Below, piece by piece: positions 38,889 through 52,996 of a stretch of 64,000 nt of DNA (position 1 is its first letter; each line of letters starts with the position of its first letter). Source of the stretch: Octopus sinensis (taxonomy: Eukaryota); NCBI RefSeq assembly GCF_006345805.1, contig NC_043020.1, forward strand, positions 24,986,001 to 25,050,000, in the 5' to 3' direction. The notes beneath the pieces are model-generated. The model saw only the letters and a list, made by a program, of their open reading frames with translations, was not told the origin of the DNA and ran no database searches. Position numbers and translations under genes: made by a program.

Positions 38889-39489
38889 CTCACTAGCATT
38901 CTGATTTTAAAATAATAAATTTCTTCTCTACAATAGTATAGAGTGCCACTTCAAATTAACGTTAAAATGCTTTTGTTATAACTTCAAAACAAGTATTATA
39001 TTTGTCATTTAATGTATACGGTATTTAATAAATAACTACTAATAGTTTCATGCCATGGATACAGGATAAACTGAATAGGAAGCTTACGTATATATATAAG
39101 CGATCCAGTGATCCACCCCTTTCAGTGTTTCAAAACCTGATTACCAATATCAAAAAAAAGATATCTATATTTGATAAAGCAGCCCAAGCTAACAGTGGCT
39201 TCGAAAATAAGATTTAAAACCCTTCAATTAAAAATATGAAATATAAAAATAGACCTAGGAAAATATTATAGTCCACGACCCCCTTTTCTCCCTAAATGTT
39301 AGTATTAATATGGGCAAGGATTTCCCCGCATTACTACATAAGCATTTTCTAGCAAACCATAAATATAGAAAGAGTTTTAATAGACGCTCGGTGAAAATGC
39401 CATACAGCTGCTGCCTCAACAAGAAGGACATTATCACTCATCCGCCATACTAAAAGACTACTCCATGTTCTCCCTTTTATCTGTTGAGA

Positions 39490-39880
39490 CCCTGAAGCTT
39501 TCTCACTTGATCAGACATGTTTGATAAACTCAGTTGTTTATGAAGCCCAAGTTACAACAGCGCTCCAACGTAACGTAATCGGTTTATGCGAAGGCAATCT
39601 TAAAAGACGCTATGCAAACCACCAATCTTTTTTCCGTCGCATCCACAGAAAGAAACCCACTAAGTTGGTTGGCCACATATGCGATCTCTGGACTGCACAC
39701 CACATAAAATGTAGCTCAGTATCGCGGAGAAGTCTACGCCATATGCAAATAAAAAAATGCAAGCGATGCGCAGCTGAAACATGGCATATTCTTGTTAGAT
39801 CCCGGAACCCCACCAAGACTATTTGATTCCTGAAGCGAAATTTTCAGCAAATACGAGAACATAAGCACATTTCTTTTGCC
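39490..39880 (+). mobile_element. decayed Penelope GIY-YIG fragment
   Basis: INSVVYEAQV..IGLCEGNLKRRYANHQSFF..CKRCAAE..IL. Confidence 0.75.
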
Positions 39881-40539
39881 AAACTGTAGGACACCACCCT
39901 CACCTGACAGAGCAGCTGTCTCGCAGACTTTGGTATCCACAACATTGAATTATTCTACACCAGATAGATTTATTATGATTTCTGCGGACAAAGGTGGTGC
40001 AACTCTTGATTTTCTTTTTCCGTTTTTATTCACCTTTTGTCATCTTGTCCCACTTTTCTCATCAACCTTCTCGTTTTTCTCAAGGACCAGCGTCCTAGTT
40101 TTCAAGCAGGCATAACCATGTGCACTGAATCTGAAAGACACGTGATATAAGTCAGCCGAATTATGATGTCTCCATGGCATGAAACTATTAGTAGCTCCGA
40201 TTTAAATACTGTGCACATTAAACGATATTTATCTTTCACTGGATGGAGTACTTATATCTTAGTTGATCTTACCTATAGCGGAACAGTAAACTGTGTGTGT
40301 GTGTGTATTTATTTATGTGTGCTCATGTTAATCATCCATATTTAACACATACACATACATTCACACATTCTTACAGTTTACAGAATGAAGAGAACATTAG
40401 CAGAAAGAGTAGCGGGTTGTAACGCAGTAATAAGTGCATCAGATCCCCACCTCTAATAACATACCTGTCCTATTCAGAAACAGATTATCGTTATTAGATA
40501 CCTGTTTAAGAACAGTAATGTGAATGCTTCTAAACAAGC

Positions 40540-41000
40540 ACATTATCACAGAAGTTCTTGATTGTCCCACAACAATCTGGAAGATATGCCCAACATCAGT
40601 AGCTACTCAACACATGTCCACGAGGAGCTACGTTCTTGACAATATGATGTTGCTGCTTAAAGAATTTCCTGTGCTCTTCACAGAAAGGTTTCTCTTGGCG
40701 GTCATATATAGAAAGTAACCGAGCATCTGAATGTATTCATACCACAACGGGGAAAGCAGGTGGAACATTCCACTCAAAACTCCAATTCAGGATGAATGCC
40801 ATAAACTCGAACTAATAGATGTTAATGTCACGTCTGAAATTGTGGCAAAAACATCCTTCATGAACTAGCACAGGACACACAACTTATATCCAAAATGGGA
40901 TTTCTCACTTGAATATATTATTGCTGCTACGCAACAATAAAATAGATTGGAAATGTTGGATGTTTCTTGTTAGAGGCACACTGAGACATCTTATAAGAGG
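40540..41000 (+). mobile_element. very old REL-type non-LTR remnant
   Basis: Scattered motifs (YDVAA, WNIPLKT, ELIDVNV) paralleling 1250-1600. Confidence 0.35.
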
Positions 41001-41289
41001 AGCAACCAGGTGGTGGTTTCCCTAAAAAAAGTTCGGAGAGAACTAAAAGACATCGTTCAGTGTAGAAGTATTCAAAGAAAAAATGTTAACAAAGATTCTC
41101 TCGGTTTCCTGGAATGAACATACCTGCACAATCACATAGGTGTATAGACTAAACACAGATACATACATGAAATAATCATACACACATACACACACACACA
41201 TGCTCATACCTGCTTTTTTTTTTTACTAAAAACAGATTTGCACAATTGTTGCGAATGCACTTATACTCTTACATATTTCTATACACCCA

Positions 41290-41447
41290 GGCGCTGGACT
41301 GTTTGTGTGGTAAGAAGCTTGCTTCCCAACCACATGGTTCCGGATTCAGTCCCACTGCGTGGCACCTTGGGCAAATCTCTTCTATTATAGCCTGAGGCCG
41401 ACCAAAGACTTGTGAGTGGATTTGATAGACGGAAACTTAAGCCCATC

Positions 41448-41492
<45 letters not shown>

Positions 41493-41714
41493 GTATGTAT
41501 ATGTATGTTTGTGGGTCTGTGTTTGTCCTCCACCCTACGATCGCTTGACAACTGATGCTTGTGTGTTTACGTCCCCGTAACTTAGCAGTTCGACAAAATA
41601 GATCAATAGAATAAGTACTAGGCTTACAAAGAATAAGTCCTGGGGTCAATTCGTTCTACTAAAGGCAGTGCTCCAGGATGGCCGCAGTGAAATGACTGAA
41701 AAGAGTAAAAGAGT
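41290..41714 (+). mobile_element. SINE family A, full length
   Basis: Head, internal (TA)n and tail. Confidence 0.88.
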
Positions 41715-41724
41715 ATATATCGAT

Positions 41725-41935
41725 ATATCACAACCACAAGGTCGCTTTCCCGGATTCCGTGGTGTGCATATTTACCCGCTCTCCTGGACTGGACGCAATT
41801 TTTCTTTTTGCCAGCTGAGTGGAAGGAAGCAAAGTATATTGCTCAAGAACCCAACGCATCGCCTGGCCTACAAATCGAAACCACATTGTCGTGATCATAA
41901 GTGCAACACTACCCACTAAGCCACGCGACTTCACA
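41725..41935 (-). mobile_element. SINE family C (tRNA-like head)
   Basis: Reverse complement GTGGCTTAGTGGGTAGTGTTG..GTGGTTTCGATT..TTCTTGAGCAA resembles 46487-46570. Confidence 0.6.
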
Positions 41936-42272
41936 CGTCTACTTATATGAGCAGGTTCTTACACAAGAGCATACATGCATGCACTCACACACATACATAC
42001 ACGTATACACGATTACCTACGTACAAACATTCATATAAACATACATACATAGGTAGATACGGTAATGCGGGAATCGAGCTGACAGGCGGCTACAATGACA
42101 AAGCCAACCTTGAAATGCCCCGAAAAAGATTCATATTAAAACACTGAACCTCATAATGAAGGGGCGCTGGGTTCGAATCTGTGAAACCCAGTTTACGGAG
42201 CAAACTGCAATCACTGGGCCATACTACATGTTCGTGCATGCGTACATGCATGCATACACACACATGCGTACA

Positions 42273-42365
<93 letters not shown>

Positions 42366-42863
42366 ATATGTATATATATACGCACACACATACACACACA
42401 CATACACAACACACACATAAATATATACTACGGGATTCTTACAGTTTCCGTTTACCAAATTCACTCACTGGCCTTTGGTTAGTCCAAGGCGCCAGTAGCA
42501 ACTGGCTCGCCTGCCCTGTATATATATGTGTGTGTGTGTGGGCGTATGTATGTGCGTGTATGTATGCTTATATACTGTATAGTGTATAAAGCTGCGTACA
42601 TATACAAGCATACAATGCACGCCTAAATATGCACTGAGAATAATAGATGAGGTGTCCATTGTAGCTCACATCCAACGATAGTCATCTGGTTCCTGTCTTT
42701 ACAAATTATATGAAGGCGAAAAATCTAATTGCTGTACTGTTTAGTGTCAGCCTTTCTCTCCGTAGATACCTCTATCCGTGTCTCTGTGAATGCGTTTCTA
42801 TACATTTGCTTGTCTGTGTATGCGTATGTGTGTATGCGTATGTGTGTATGCGTGCGCACGCAC

Positions 42864-42905
<42 letters not shown>

Positions 42906-44261
42906 GATCTATTACTGCTGACGTTTAGCTTGGAACCAAGTCTGAATAAAAAGACCTTGATCAAAAATGTTCCATCCCTGACCATCACACCTTATAAGTT
43001 AAGAAGACTGAACGTATCTAAATTTGCATAAAGCCACATGTCCCACCGCTAAAATGACAAGCTAAAATTTGAAGGAGATTCGACTGCTATTTCTGATATA
43101 GGTTCGTTCTCCATGGAGGCTCGAGTCCGTGTAAGAATGTCTGTGTGCGTTCATGTCTGTGTGAGTGAGGGTTTGTGCGTGAGTGAAGCAGTGTTTTTAT
43201 CTATTTTCGTGGGTTTTATGTATTTTGAACATTTTGTATCTTCCGTGTTTACGGTGATTCTGTTGGTCAAATCACAAGTTCCAAACAAAACACTTTTATG
43301 TTGACATCAAACTGTCTTAGCCGGAAGTTATAATTAACTTTAGGTGAATATGTTCTTGAGAAGTGCATTGAAATTTTTTTTTTACCTTTGTATCTATAAT
43401 GTCCTTGAGGCAAATAAAGAAATATTATCACTATTCCGCTAGCGGAAGAATCGCTGCTATTTCTAGCCTTCATGCCACTGCCATCGACAAAGCCAAGGAA
43501 GGTGATCTGGTAGTCCTCGCGGCGATGGCAGATGATTATCTCCCGCTAGCGATATAAACACGAGTGTTTATATGCACCACAAGTCTATATGAGAAGTTTT
43601 CTCATGGAAAATAACTCAGTATTTTGTGTTCTAACACAACATCCACCTTTAAGTGGAAGATAAATATCCCCTTGTGGTATTAATAATGCTTTGATCATCA
43701 CCATCACCATCATTATCATCATCATCATCATCGTCATCATCATCACCATCATCATCACCATCATCATCAACATTATCATCATTCGCTTAACTCTCCCTAC
43801 TTTAATTCTTTACTTCCCCACCGTCTTCAGATTTCTCGTATGTCTTTTATTTATCCTTTCCCCCCTGCCCCTTTTCTTCTTCTCTTCCTTCCCTTTCTCC
43901 TACTTGCCAACAATTACCATGTTAATATATACACCTTATTATATTTGTCTATGGCCGGCCGACATTCCTTCCAAACCACTTCCCCCTCACCCCACCCCAC
44001 CTTGCATAAGCAGCGCTGTTTACCAAAATTATATCCTTCGTTGACAGAATGTCTTTTGGTCTTTTGTAATCAGATTCCACTTGTTGCTTTTGTTGTTGCT
44101 GTTGTTTCATATTTTAGGCAGATGTTTGACAAACGATTAGATGTATTAGTGTATTTATATATCGTTTTTGATGAATATATAAATATATATATTCTTGAAG
44201 TTTTATATATATATACATATATATATATATATGTGTGTATGTGTGTATGAGTGTGTGTATA

Positions 44262-44424
44262 GGCACAGGTGTGGCTGTGTAGTAAGACGCTTGCTTCCCA
44301 ACCACATGGTTCCGGGTTCAGCCCCACTACATAGCACCTTTGCCAAGTGTCTTCTACTATAGCTTCGGACCGACCAAAGCCTTATGAGTGGATTTGGTAG
44401 ACGGAAACTGAAAGAAGCCCGTCG
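44262..44424 (+). mobile_element. SINE family A head
   Basis: 5' half only, followed by (TA)n. Confidence 0.85.
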
Positions 44425-44469
44425 TATATATAATATATATATATATAATATATATATAATATATATATA

Positions 44470-44511
<42 letters not shown>

Positions 44512-44804
44512 TTTCGGTTTGGGATTTGGTTTGAAAGATTGTTTATGTGAGTTCGTGTGTTGAAGCATATTCTGTGGTGTCTGGGGAGAGTCATTTTCTT
44601 TTTGTGCCTTATAATTTAACCCACTCACCGGTAAAATTTCTTCTTATTTCTTATTTTTATTTTCCTAAAATTTTCGTTGCGTCTTGCTACCTTTTCAATA
44701 GTCTTGACTCTGTCCGTTATTTACACTGCGTTCCTTTTTTATTTGTTTGTGCGCATGTGTGTGGGTCAGTGTGTGTGTGTGTGTGAGTGTGTGTGCGTGC
44801 CTTT

Positions 44805-45016
44805 GCATGCAGGTATCCAGAGCGAGTCGCACAAAGTCCTCGACTCTCCTTCGGAAAACGACTTCCAGGCTGGATTTCAAAAGTGGCAGGAACGCTGGGA
44901 CCGGTGAATTGTTGCGCAAGATGACTATTTCGAAGGAAATAAGGTTAAAACTCAGGTAAATAAGTTACTTTCTTTTTTTATTAAACATAACTAATCCGAG
45001 AAGCTTTTCATACCAC

Positions 45017-45021
<5 letters not shown>
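44805..45021 (+). mobile_element. mariner transposase C-terminal remnant with 3' TIR
   Basis: DFQAGFQKWQERWDR*IVAQDDYFEG; terminal CCGAGAAGCTTTTCATACCACTTTCATA. Confidence 0.8.
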
Positions 45022-45053
<32 letters not shown>

Positions 45054-45505
45054 GGTCCCGGGTTGATTCGGGGTTAACCACAGTAAATAAGGTACTCAAT
45101 GTATGTATGTATGTATACATATATGTGTATGTGTAGATATGTATATGTATGTGTATGTGTAAGTGTATATATATGTATATATATGTGTGTGTATGTATGT
45201 GTGTATGTATATGTATATATGTTTGTATGTGTGTGTATGTATGTATACATGTGTGCATAGGTATAAGTGAGAATCTCCTTATTTACCTAAAACTCTATTC
45301 CCCTTTTTTTTTATATATAGATTTTTTTATTTTTTTATTTTTTTATTTTTTTCTTTATTTATTCTTCTATCTAATTTAACACTGACTCCTTGACCACTCC
45401 CCCAAGTATGATATTTTGCGCTATGCCTACCCCCAAAAAAGTCCCCCACCAACACCCCTTTAAACCTGCCTAAATGTATAAATGCCAATACAATTCTTGT
45501 TAACT

Positions 45506-45556
45506 AGCTTCCTGAAGATTTCTCTTGAATGAAACAGTTCTAGTCCTGTAGAAGCT
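45506..45556 (+). ncRNA. type I hammerhead candidate (second copy of the 37734 family)
   Basis: AGCUUC/GAAGCU, CUGAAGA, GAAA, ACAG/CUGU, GUA. Confidence 0.55.
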
Positions 45557-45561
45557 CCTTC

Positions 45562-45622
<61 letters not shown>

Positions 45623-45635
45623 TAGATAGATAGAG

Positions 45636-45704
<69 letters not shown>

Positions 45705-46068
45705 CAGAGAGAGAGAGAGAGAGAGAGAGATACAGAGAGAGAGAGAAAGAGATGAGGTTTATGCAGCACATTCTTTGATTCTTTTATTCTTCAATGATTC
45801 CGGTGTGACCATACTGGAGTAACAAAATAGTATGTTAAGCCAGTTCTATGATTAACATTTGTATAAATGTTTAGTCGATGCATATAGACCGCAGTACGTA
45901 TTTCAATCTGGTTCTTATTTTATCGATCGCTATTTGTTGAAGTATTAAACTACGGGACATGTGCGGGCATTATAAATATAAACTACACCGAATTTTACAA
46001 CATAAACACACACACACACAATCACATACACACGCACGCACACACGAACGCACACAAACACACACACA

Positions 46069-46099
<31 letters not shown>

Positions 46100-46486
46100 C
46101 CACACAACACACACACACACACACACACGGTGCCGATAAAAAAGGTTTCTGGTTGGTAACATGAGAAAACTTATTGATGTTCATGCGAAGCACGGAAATT
46201 CTTGAGATCTACAACTGGAAATTACGAAGTTACGGTGTATGAGAGTTAGAATGAAAGTAATTCTTTAAAATGAGACATCTTGTTATGAACATCTGCTAAT
46301 TATTCTGACCTTCGTATCAGGGGACATGAATTCTTAGCAGTCAGCTTTGTTCCGTTCCTCAAGTCTGATGGTTCCAAGTTACGAAAGTGTATAAAGAGAA
46401 TTTCTCCTACTTTAAGACTAAGAGAATCCGATGGAACTCCCGGGACTTCCAGTGAATTTAAAACCTCTGTAGTTGAGTGAAGATTT

Positions 46487-46735
46487 GTGGATTAGGGCGT
46501 TGCGCTCACGACTGTGAAATTGCGGTTTCGATTCCCTGACTGACTGATGTGTTGTGTTCTTGAGCAAAACACTTCATTTCAAATAGCTGCATATCGTTCA
46601 GCTGTTGAAGAGTAACTCTACAGGGGATTGGTGTCCTGTTTAAGCAGAATGGGCTAACCTCAGTCACTTATACGCCGTGGGAACCGGGTAACAGCCCCTA
46701 TGAGTCTTAGGACTTGAGACAGCAGGGTTCAGATG
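46487..46735 (+). mobile_element. SINE family C
   Basis: GTGGATTAGGGCGTTG..GGTTTCGATTCCC..GTTCTTGAGCAAAACACTTCATTTCA. Confidence 0.65.
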
Positions 46736-48183
46736 TTGATGATGGTGATGTGATATAGTTAAGCACTTAGATTAAAAACTACGTCATTGACTGGCATTTG
46801 CAATTATTAGCTACGATGCTTAACTACGAAACTCAAATAGGATCTTTTACTAGGTTCTTTAACGACAAACCTTAATAACAATCCTTAGATATAATCATTA
46901 ATTGTAATCCTTGTCTACGATCCTTAACTACGATCCTTAACTGCCATCCTTAATTGTCCTGGTAACGGATGCAATACGATGAACCCTAGACTCGGCTGTT
47001 GATAATCAAATGGGTCGGACATTGACACGATGCAATGGTAACAAGTAACACCTTGAAGTATGGCCTGTTGATAGATGTCTTCGCCATAGACATACTGTAG
47101 AGTTACTCTTCAACAGCTGAGCGACATGCAGCAACGCTGCCTGTATATACTCTCTATATTAATGGCTAACAGGGACACAGTATTTCATTTTGCAACCATA
47201 AAATACTACCAAGGATGTTAAAGGTTTACAAGTCAATATAGCGTTTTACTTTTTGTGTTAGCAGTGCGATGTTCTCTATACAATTTCCATAAAGTTCGGA
47301 GCCGAGCCGTAACTTTCGGTGCTGTCTCAGAACTCTATAGAAAATCTCTAGAGATAAATTTAAAGATTCTCTTTTTAATACTTGCTACTTCCTAGTGGTG
47401 TTCCCCTAATCTAAGCCCTTGTGACTAATAAAAGAAATTATTTTATCCTTTATACATCAAACATTATCGCTATGCAGTGGGGTATGATTTTGAGGTGGAT
47501 ATGGCTGCTGTTTATAGCAAATAAAGTGACAAACTACTTACTCCATCATCAGGTTGTGTTTGGTTTGATTATGTTCTTTTGTTGCTTGTTGTTGTAGCTT
47601 TCAGTGGTACTCTCGTGGCCGTTTAGACCCTCCATCTCCCACCGCTCCAAGATAGGAACACTGCCAGATCACTGTTGGTGCAGAACATCTTATTGCTGTT
47701 GGCGACGCTGTTGCTGTTGTTTATACTGGTGTTATCGTCAGCAGTGGTGGCGGCAGCGGTGGTGGCGGTGGTGCTGCTGCTGCTGTTTTTGCTGCAATCA
47801 ATGCACAATTAGTTGATAGAGGAGAGCAATTATACACGGCAACCTGAGACCGTTTATCAATTAAAGACACTCACAGCTAAACAGGGACAGCGGCAAAAGG
47901 CGGCACAAACACAGGCCTTTGTTGGCAGGGTTTCACTTAAATACTTTCGTAATTGCAGATATTCATAGAAATACTGATGCATATATATACATATACATAT
48001 ATATACATAGAAACGCGTATACATATTCCCATGTAAAACATTCCTATGTGCGCACACAAGGACACAAACACACAACTATATGTGTACGTGTGTCCGGGTG
48101 TGCGTGCGTGCGTGTGTGAGTGTGTAGATATGTATGTGTAACTCAAATTCATACATGTGTGAGCACATACATGCAAGATGTAA

Positions 48184-48218
<35 letters not shown>

Positions 48219-48576
48219 GTATATACGTGTGTGTGCGCGTGTGTATGTAAACGTGTCTGCACACACATTTCGTGTGTGTGCAGATATAAACTGCATCTTG
48301 TGTTTACACACACCCCGAAAAGTATGATAAACACAAGATGCAGTTTATATCTATACACACATAAATTCCATATATGAATGCATATATATGTGTGTGTGCA
48401 TGTGTGTGTGTTTGTGTGTGTGTGTGGGTGTGTGCTTGCGTGCGTGCGTGCGTGCCTGCGTGTGTGTATGTATGTATGTATGTATGTATGTATGTATGTA
48501 TGTATGTATGTATGTATGTATGTATACGCAATCATATTTCGGTCGATATAGTTAGGACTATATGTGTTCATATATA

Positions 48577-49075
48577 CGAGATGGTATCAAGAAATTCCTG
48601 AACTAGTTCTGTAGCTCGCCAACAGGTGGCAGCACACGGTTGACTGCGCAGTGAGAGCTAGCAGTGATCCTCATGAGGCAATGTGCCGAGTGACATCACT
48701 GTATTTACTTTGTAAGTTGTGAAATTTGTGTTTCTTTGATCATGTTTGTATGCAGTAGTGTGCAATTTTGTCATGGACAGGAAGTTGGAAGAAACAAACA
48801 TCCAACGTGAAATTCTGCATTTAACTTGGGAAGTCTGCTACAGAGATATTGAGCATGCTTTGACAAGTTTGTGGCGATGAGACAATGGGTCGTATGCAAT
48901 GTTTCGAGTTGTAGGGGCGCCTCAAAAGTGGAAGAACATCCAAGGAAGACGATGAGCTATCTGGAAGCCCTGCCACGAGCGTCACCCCCGGAAACCTTGT
49001 GCGTCGAGAATTGGTTCCCCAGGATCAGAGTTCTACTGCGACGGATTGAAGCGTTTGAGGGAAGACATTTGTGAA
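48577..49075 (+). mobile_element. mariner 5' remnant (TIR plus HTH region, internal deletion)
   Basis: TA-CGAGATGGTATCAAGAAATTCC start; VKFCI*LGKSATEILSML..CFE..KSGRTSKEDD..SG.P, then [22 protein letters not shown]. Confidence 0.85.
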
Positions 49076-49132
49076 TGAAAGCAAAATGGATATATACGTT
49101 AGGATGTATGTACATATAGACGTATGTATATA

Positions 49133-49236
<104 letters not shown>

Positions 49237-49650
49237 GCATACATACATATGTACATACCTACATCTATATGTATATATACATGCATGTATAAAAAAACAG
49301 AATACTAGACAAACAATACAAAGGGGAATATTCCTTGTATTGTTTGTCTTGTACTCTGTTTTTTCGTTGTTAAAAAAGTCCGTTTCCTTGTTTGATTTTG
49401 TTTTCGTTTCTTGTTGTGTTCTACGTTTATTTGTGGTGTCCTGTACTCATATATATATATATGCGTGTATATATACATATAGATGTGGGTATGTACATAT
49501 ATGTATGCATGTATGCATATGTTTTATTTATTAAATTGTTATCAAATGACTGAACGCCTCGCGTTGCTTTCTTATTCTCCAAGTAAGTTTTTATTATATA
49601 TATATATATACACACGTATATATGCATAAATATATATATATACATATGTA

Positions 49651-52600
49651 GATGTCTTGCAAACAACTTGCACATGCAAGTGCTACCAGTTAAAAGTTCC
49701 GTATATCGGAAGCTAGCAAGTGTATGGGGTCATCAGGAGAGAATGCGCGCCGTTTCGGGGCCTACCTCTCGACGGCATCAATGCGCACCACTGATATGAG
49801 GCCCCGCTTGCTAGATCAGCTGGTTATGAAGAACTCAATATACTTCTAGCCATCGCTCATCGTCTCTTTTTAACCAAATCCAGTGGCTAGCCTTCTCCAC
49901 TGTAGATTGGATATCAGTCCTGGTGGTATTGACTTTACGATGAGTTAGGCCTAACGATAACAACAATCGTCTCACGCTGTGTCCTACAAACCCTCTACAT
50001 CCGACTTCGATAGGAAAATGTTCCGCTTTCCAGCCTGCGTCTTCACATTCCTCGAGGAGATTTTCATAACGGTTTAATTTTCGAGCTCGAGCGGCGTCCA
50101 TATTATCTTCGTGAGGAACCGTTAGCTCGACTATATTTACAACTTTCTTTCTTTCACACTACATCTAAATATCTGGTTTTTTCGAAACTGGGATGGGAAA
50201 GAAAATCTGGCACCCAGGTAAATCTGCAGTTACCTCCCAATAGCCGTTCCACTTTTCATTTTACTCAGGAAGTTTCTTGGTCTTCTTCTTGAAACGGATC
50301 TGCTGATCTGGTCGCATGAAGGTAATGAACTCTCTTGATGGTACTTTTAACGATTTTTCCTTGAGATGAATTTGGTTCTTTATAGCATTGAAGATAACCT
50401 TAAGGACCAAGTTGTGCCTCCATGTGTACCTGTTCAATGCTAATGAACAGTTGGAAAGAATATGTTTTAGTGTACCGACTTTTCCACATTTGCAGATGTC
50501 ATTCTCTAAGACGTTCCATCTTACTAGATTCGTAGGTGATGACAAAACATCATAAGATGAACGAATCAGGAAACTCAGCCGAGATGTCGTCCACTTCCAC
50601 ATCTCATCCCAACTTATCTTCCTCTCAACAACATGTTCTTCCCATCTCGTCATCTGACCTTGATGAACACATCGGATCAAATGAATCTCTCTTCTCTCTG
50701 CTTCTCTTGTTTTGACGCTGTTGCTAACAACAGATCTGCGTTCACACGGCATCATGCTTGCAAACGACCTGAACTGATCTGCGCCAAAACCAAATCCTTT
50801 CCGATGGTTCTGCGTTGCTCCCACCATATCTCTGTGTATAAGAGAAGACAAGATGTTGTCAGTTTCTGCTTCTGCTTTCCACTTCCTGGCTGTTTTCACC
50901 TCTGGTGGGTTACGCCTTATTTCCATATCCTTCGATTCTCTCAGCATCATGACCGTCCGTATCTTCCCCAACTTATATATTTCGACTATTGATGCTATTG
51001 GTAACTGCAACGAACCTCTTTTACGATAAAGAGCTGAGCTGTTCAACATACGAGGTAGACCTAGCCACTTTCTAATGAACACATTACATTTTTGTTCAAT
51101 CTTTTCAACTCGTGACAATGCTACTTCGTATATTAAAAGTCTTGACGGGCTCTTCTTTGACTGTTGGAATGCTTTCTTCAGATATTCGAAATTTAAATTC
51201 TTTCTGCACTCCCTTAACAAATGTCAGACTACGCGACTTTTTTGCTCTAAATCGCATCCTTGACCACCTTACAAGTTCGTCTAATCTCAAAAGGGCATTC
51301 TGCATGATTTGTTTATCTGTAGCTAGAAGTGTCACGTCATCCATGAAGGCTTTCTTAGGCGATTGTACATGGGCGATTTGTTCCGAAAAATCTACACCTT
51401 TCAAAATCAACTCCATGACTAAGATAAACCACGTGACAGATATTGTACAGCCAGCAGCAATGCCAACCTCCAATCGGTGCCAATTTGTTGTAAAATTTCC
51501 AGTTCTAAACCTCATTTCGAAACTTTCATGGTACATCCTCATTATTTTGATCACTTTGTCAGGAATGCGGAAGTGGTCCATGGCTGTTATTAGTAATTTG
51601 TGTGGCACTGAACCATACGTGTTAGCTAGGTCGAGCCATACAACGTTCAGACTTTTCTTGTTCTGTTTGGCATCCTGGATCGCTTTCCAAATCGAAAAAC
51701 AGTGTTCAACGCATCCAGGTATCCCGGGGATTCCGGCCTTTTGAACAGATTCATCAACATATCCGTTACTCTGTAAATATGCCACTGTTCTCCCCGACAG
51801 AATTTCCATAAAGATCATGCCTTCCACATTCAATAAGGATATCAGCCTAAACTGTTTTATGGTCTTTGCATTGGCCTCTTTCGGCAGGTATATACCTTCT
51901 GCCTTACACCAATCCTCTACTAGAGTCTCCTCGCGCCACAGTTGACGGATTAGGACGAAGAGCTTCTTTCGCAGACGATTGCAGTATTTGTAGACTTTAT
52001 ATGAGACGCCATCACCTCCTGGGGCACTCTTTGCTCTAGCTTTTCTTACGACGTCATTCACCTCTCTCTCCCTGATGTCCCCAATCTGGAATTCGATATC
52101 AGGTCCTGAGAGATGATTTAGCCCATGTAGAGGTGGCAACGGCTGATTACGGTGCGGATCGCTGTAGGTTTCCTTGATATGAGCATCCAATTCTTCTTTA
52201 GTGCACGATAAAGTACCACTCTTCGGTTCAGTGAACCAGCTTTAGTAAACCGTAGTGGTTCTTCAGAAACTGCCCCCGAGTCCTTTTACTTCTTTTCGAC
52301 GCTCATATCGGCGGATATGTCGTTGCACATAACGACATTTCTTCTTCAAATCGTTATATACGCAACGCAAGGCCAGGTTTCTCATCTGGTGCAGCACATC
52401 TCCATCGCTTTCTTAAGTCGGACTTTTCCTTCCTCAACTGCTGCATTTTCTGATCCTCCTGCTTGGTCCACACTTTCCTTTCTCTAGTCGGATATTCTCT
52501 TTTATTCCAAATAAATCTTTTCCTATATCGTATATTGAGCTTGATAATTTTCCCAGTTTCTCCACTGTAGAGCCTGTCATTTTATAAAGAGCCCGACAAA

Positions 52601-52772
52601 CCTTGTTTTCAAACTCTTTATATTTCACTTTCTCATTAGCAGCAGGCCACAAAACCCTCGGTTTCCTCTGAGTATTATCCGATGCACCAGATTCATGACT
52701 TGTAGTTTCTTCACGGGAATAGTTCTCTGCTGTAGCATTTATCGATCCGCTGTGGTTTGAATCCTGGGATGA
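49651..52772 (-). mobile_element. HERO-like (R2-group) non-LTR retrotransposon, 5'-truncated, disrupted: RT plus CCHC plus REL
   Basis: KSAPGGDG, QKAGIPGIPGCVEH, VVWLDLANTYGSVPH, GIAAGCTIS, KAFMDD. Knuckle CKCGKVGTLKHILSNC..RYTWRHN. REL ELTVPHE..RKLNRY..FPIEVGCRGF..EKASHWIW. Confidence 0.9.
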
Positions 52773-52780
52773 TATATAAT

Positions 52781-52847
<67 letters not shown>

Positions 52848-52854
52848 TATATAC

Positions 52855-52996
<142 letters not shown>

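Noticed and set aside
44805-49075. The two mariner fragments as one element
   Set aside because: The 3' piece lies upstream of the 5' piece on the same strand, so they are separate relics.
49715-49765. GAAAC...CUGAUGA in the HERO 3' UTR as a type II hammerhead
   Set aside because: Only ~17 nt between the motifs, too short for helices III and I, and helix II strands (CCCC/CCCC) cannot pair.
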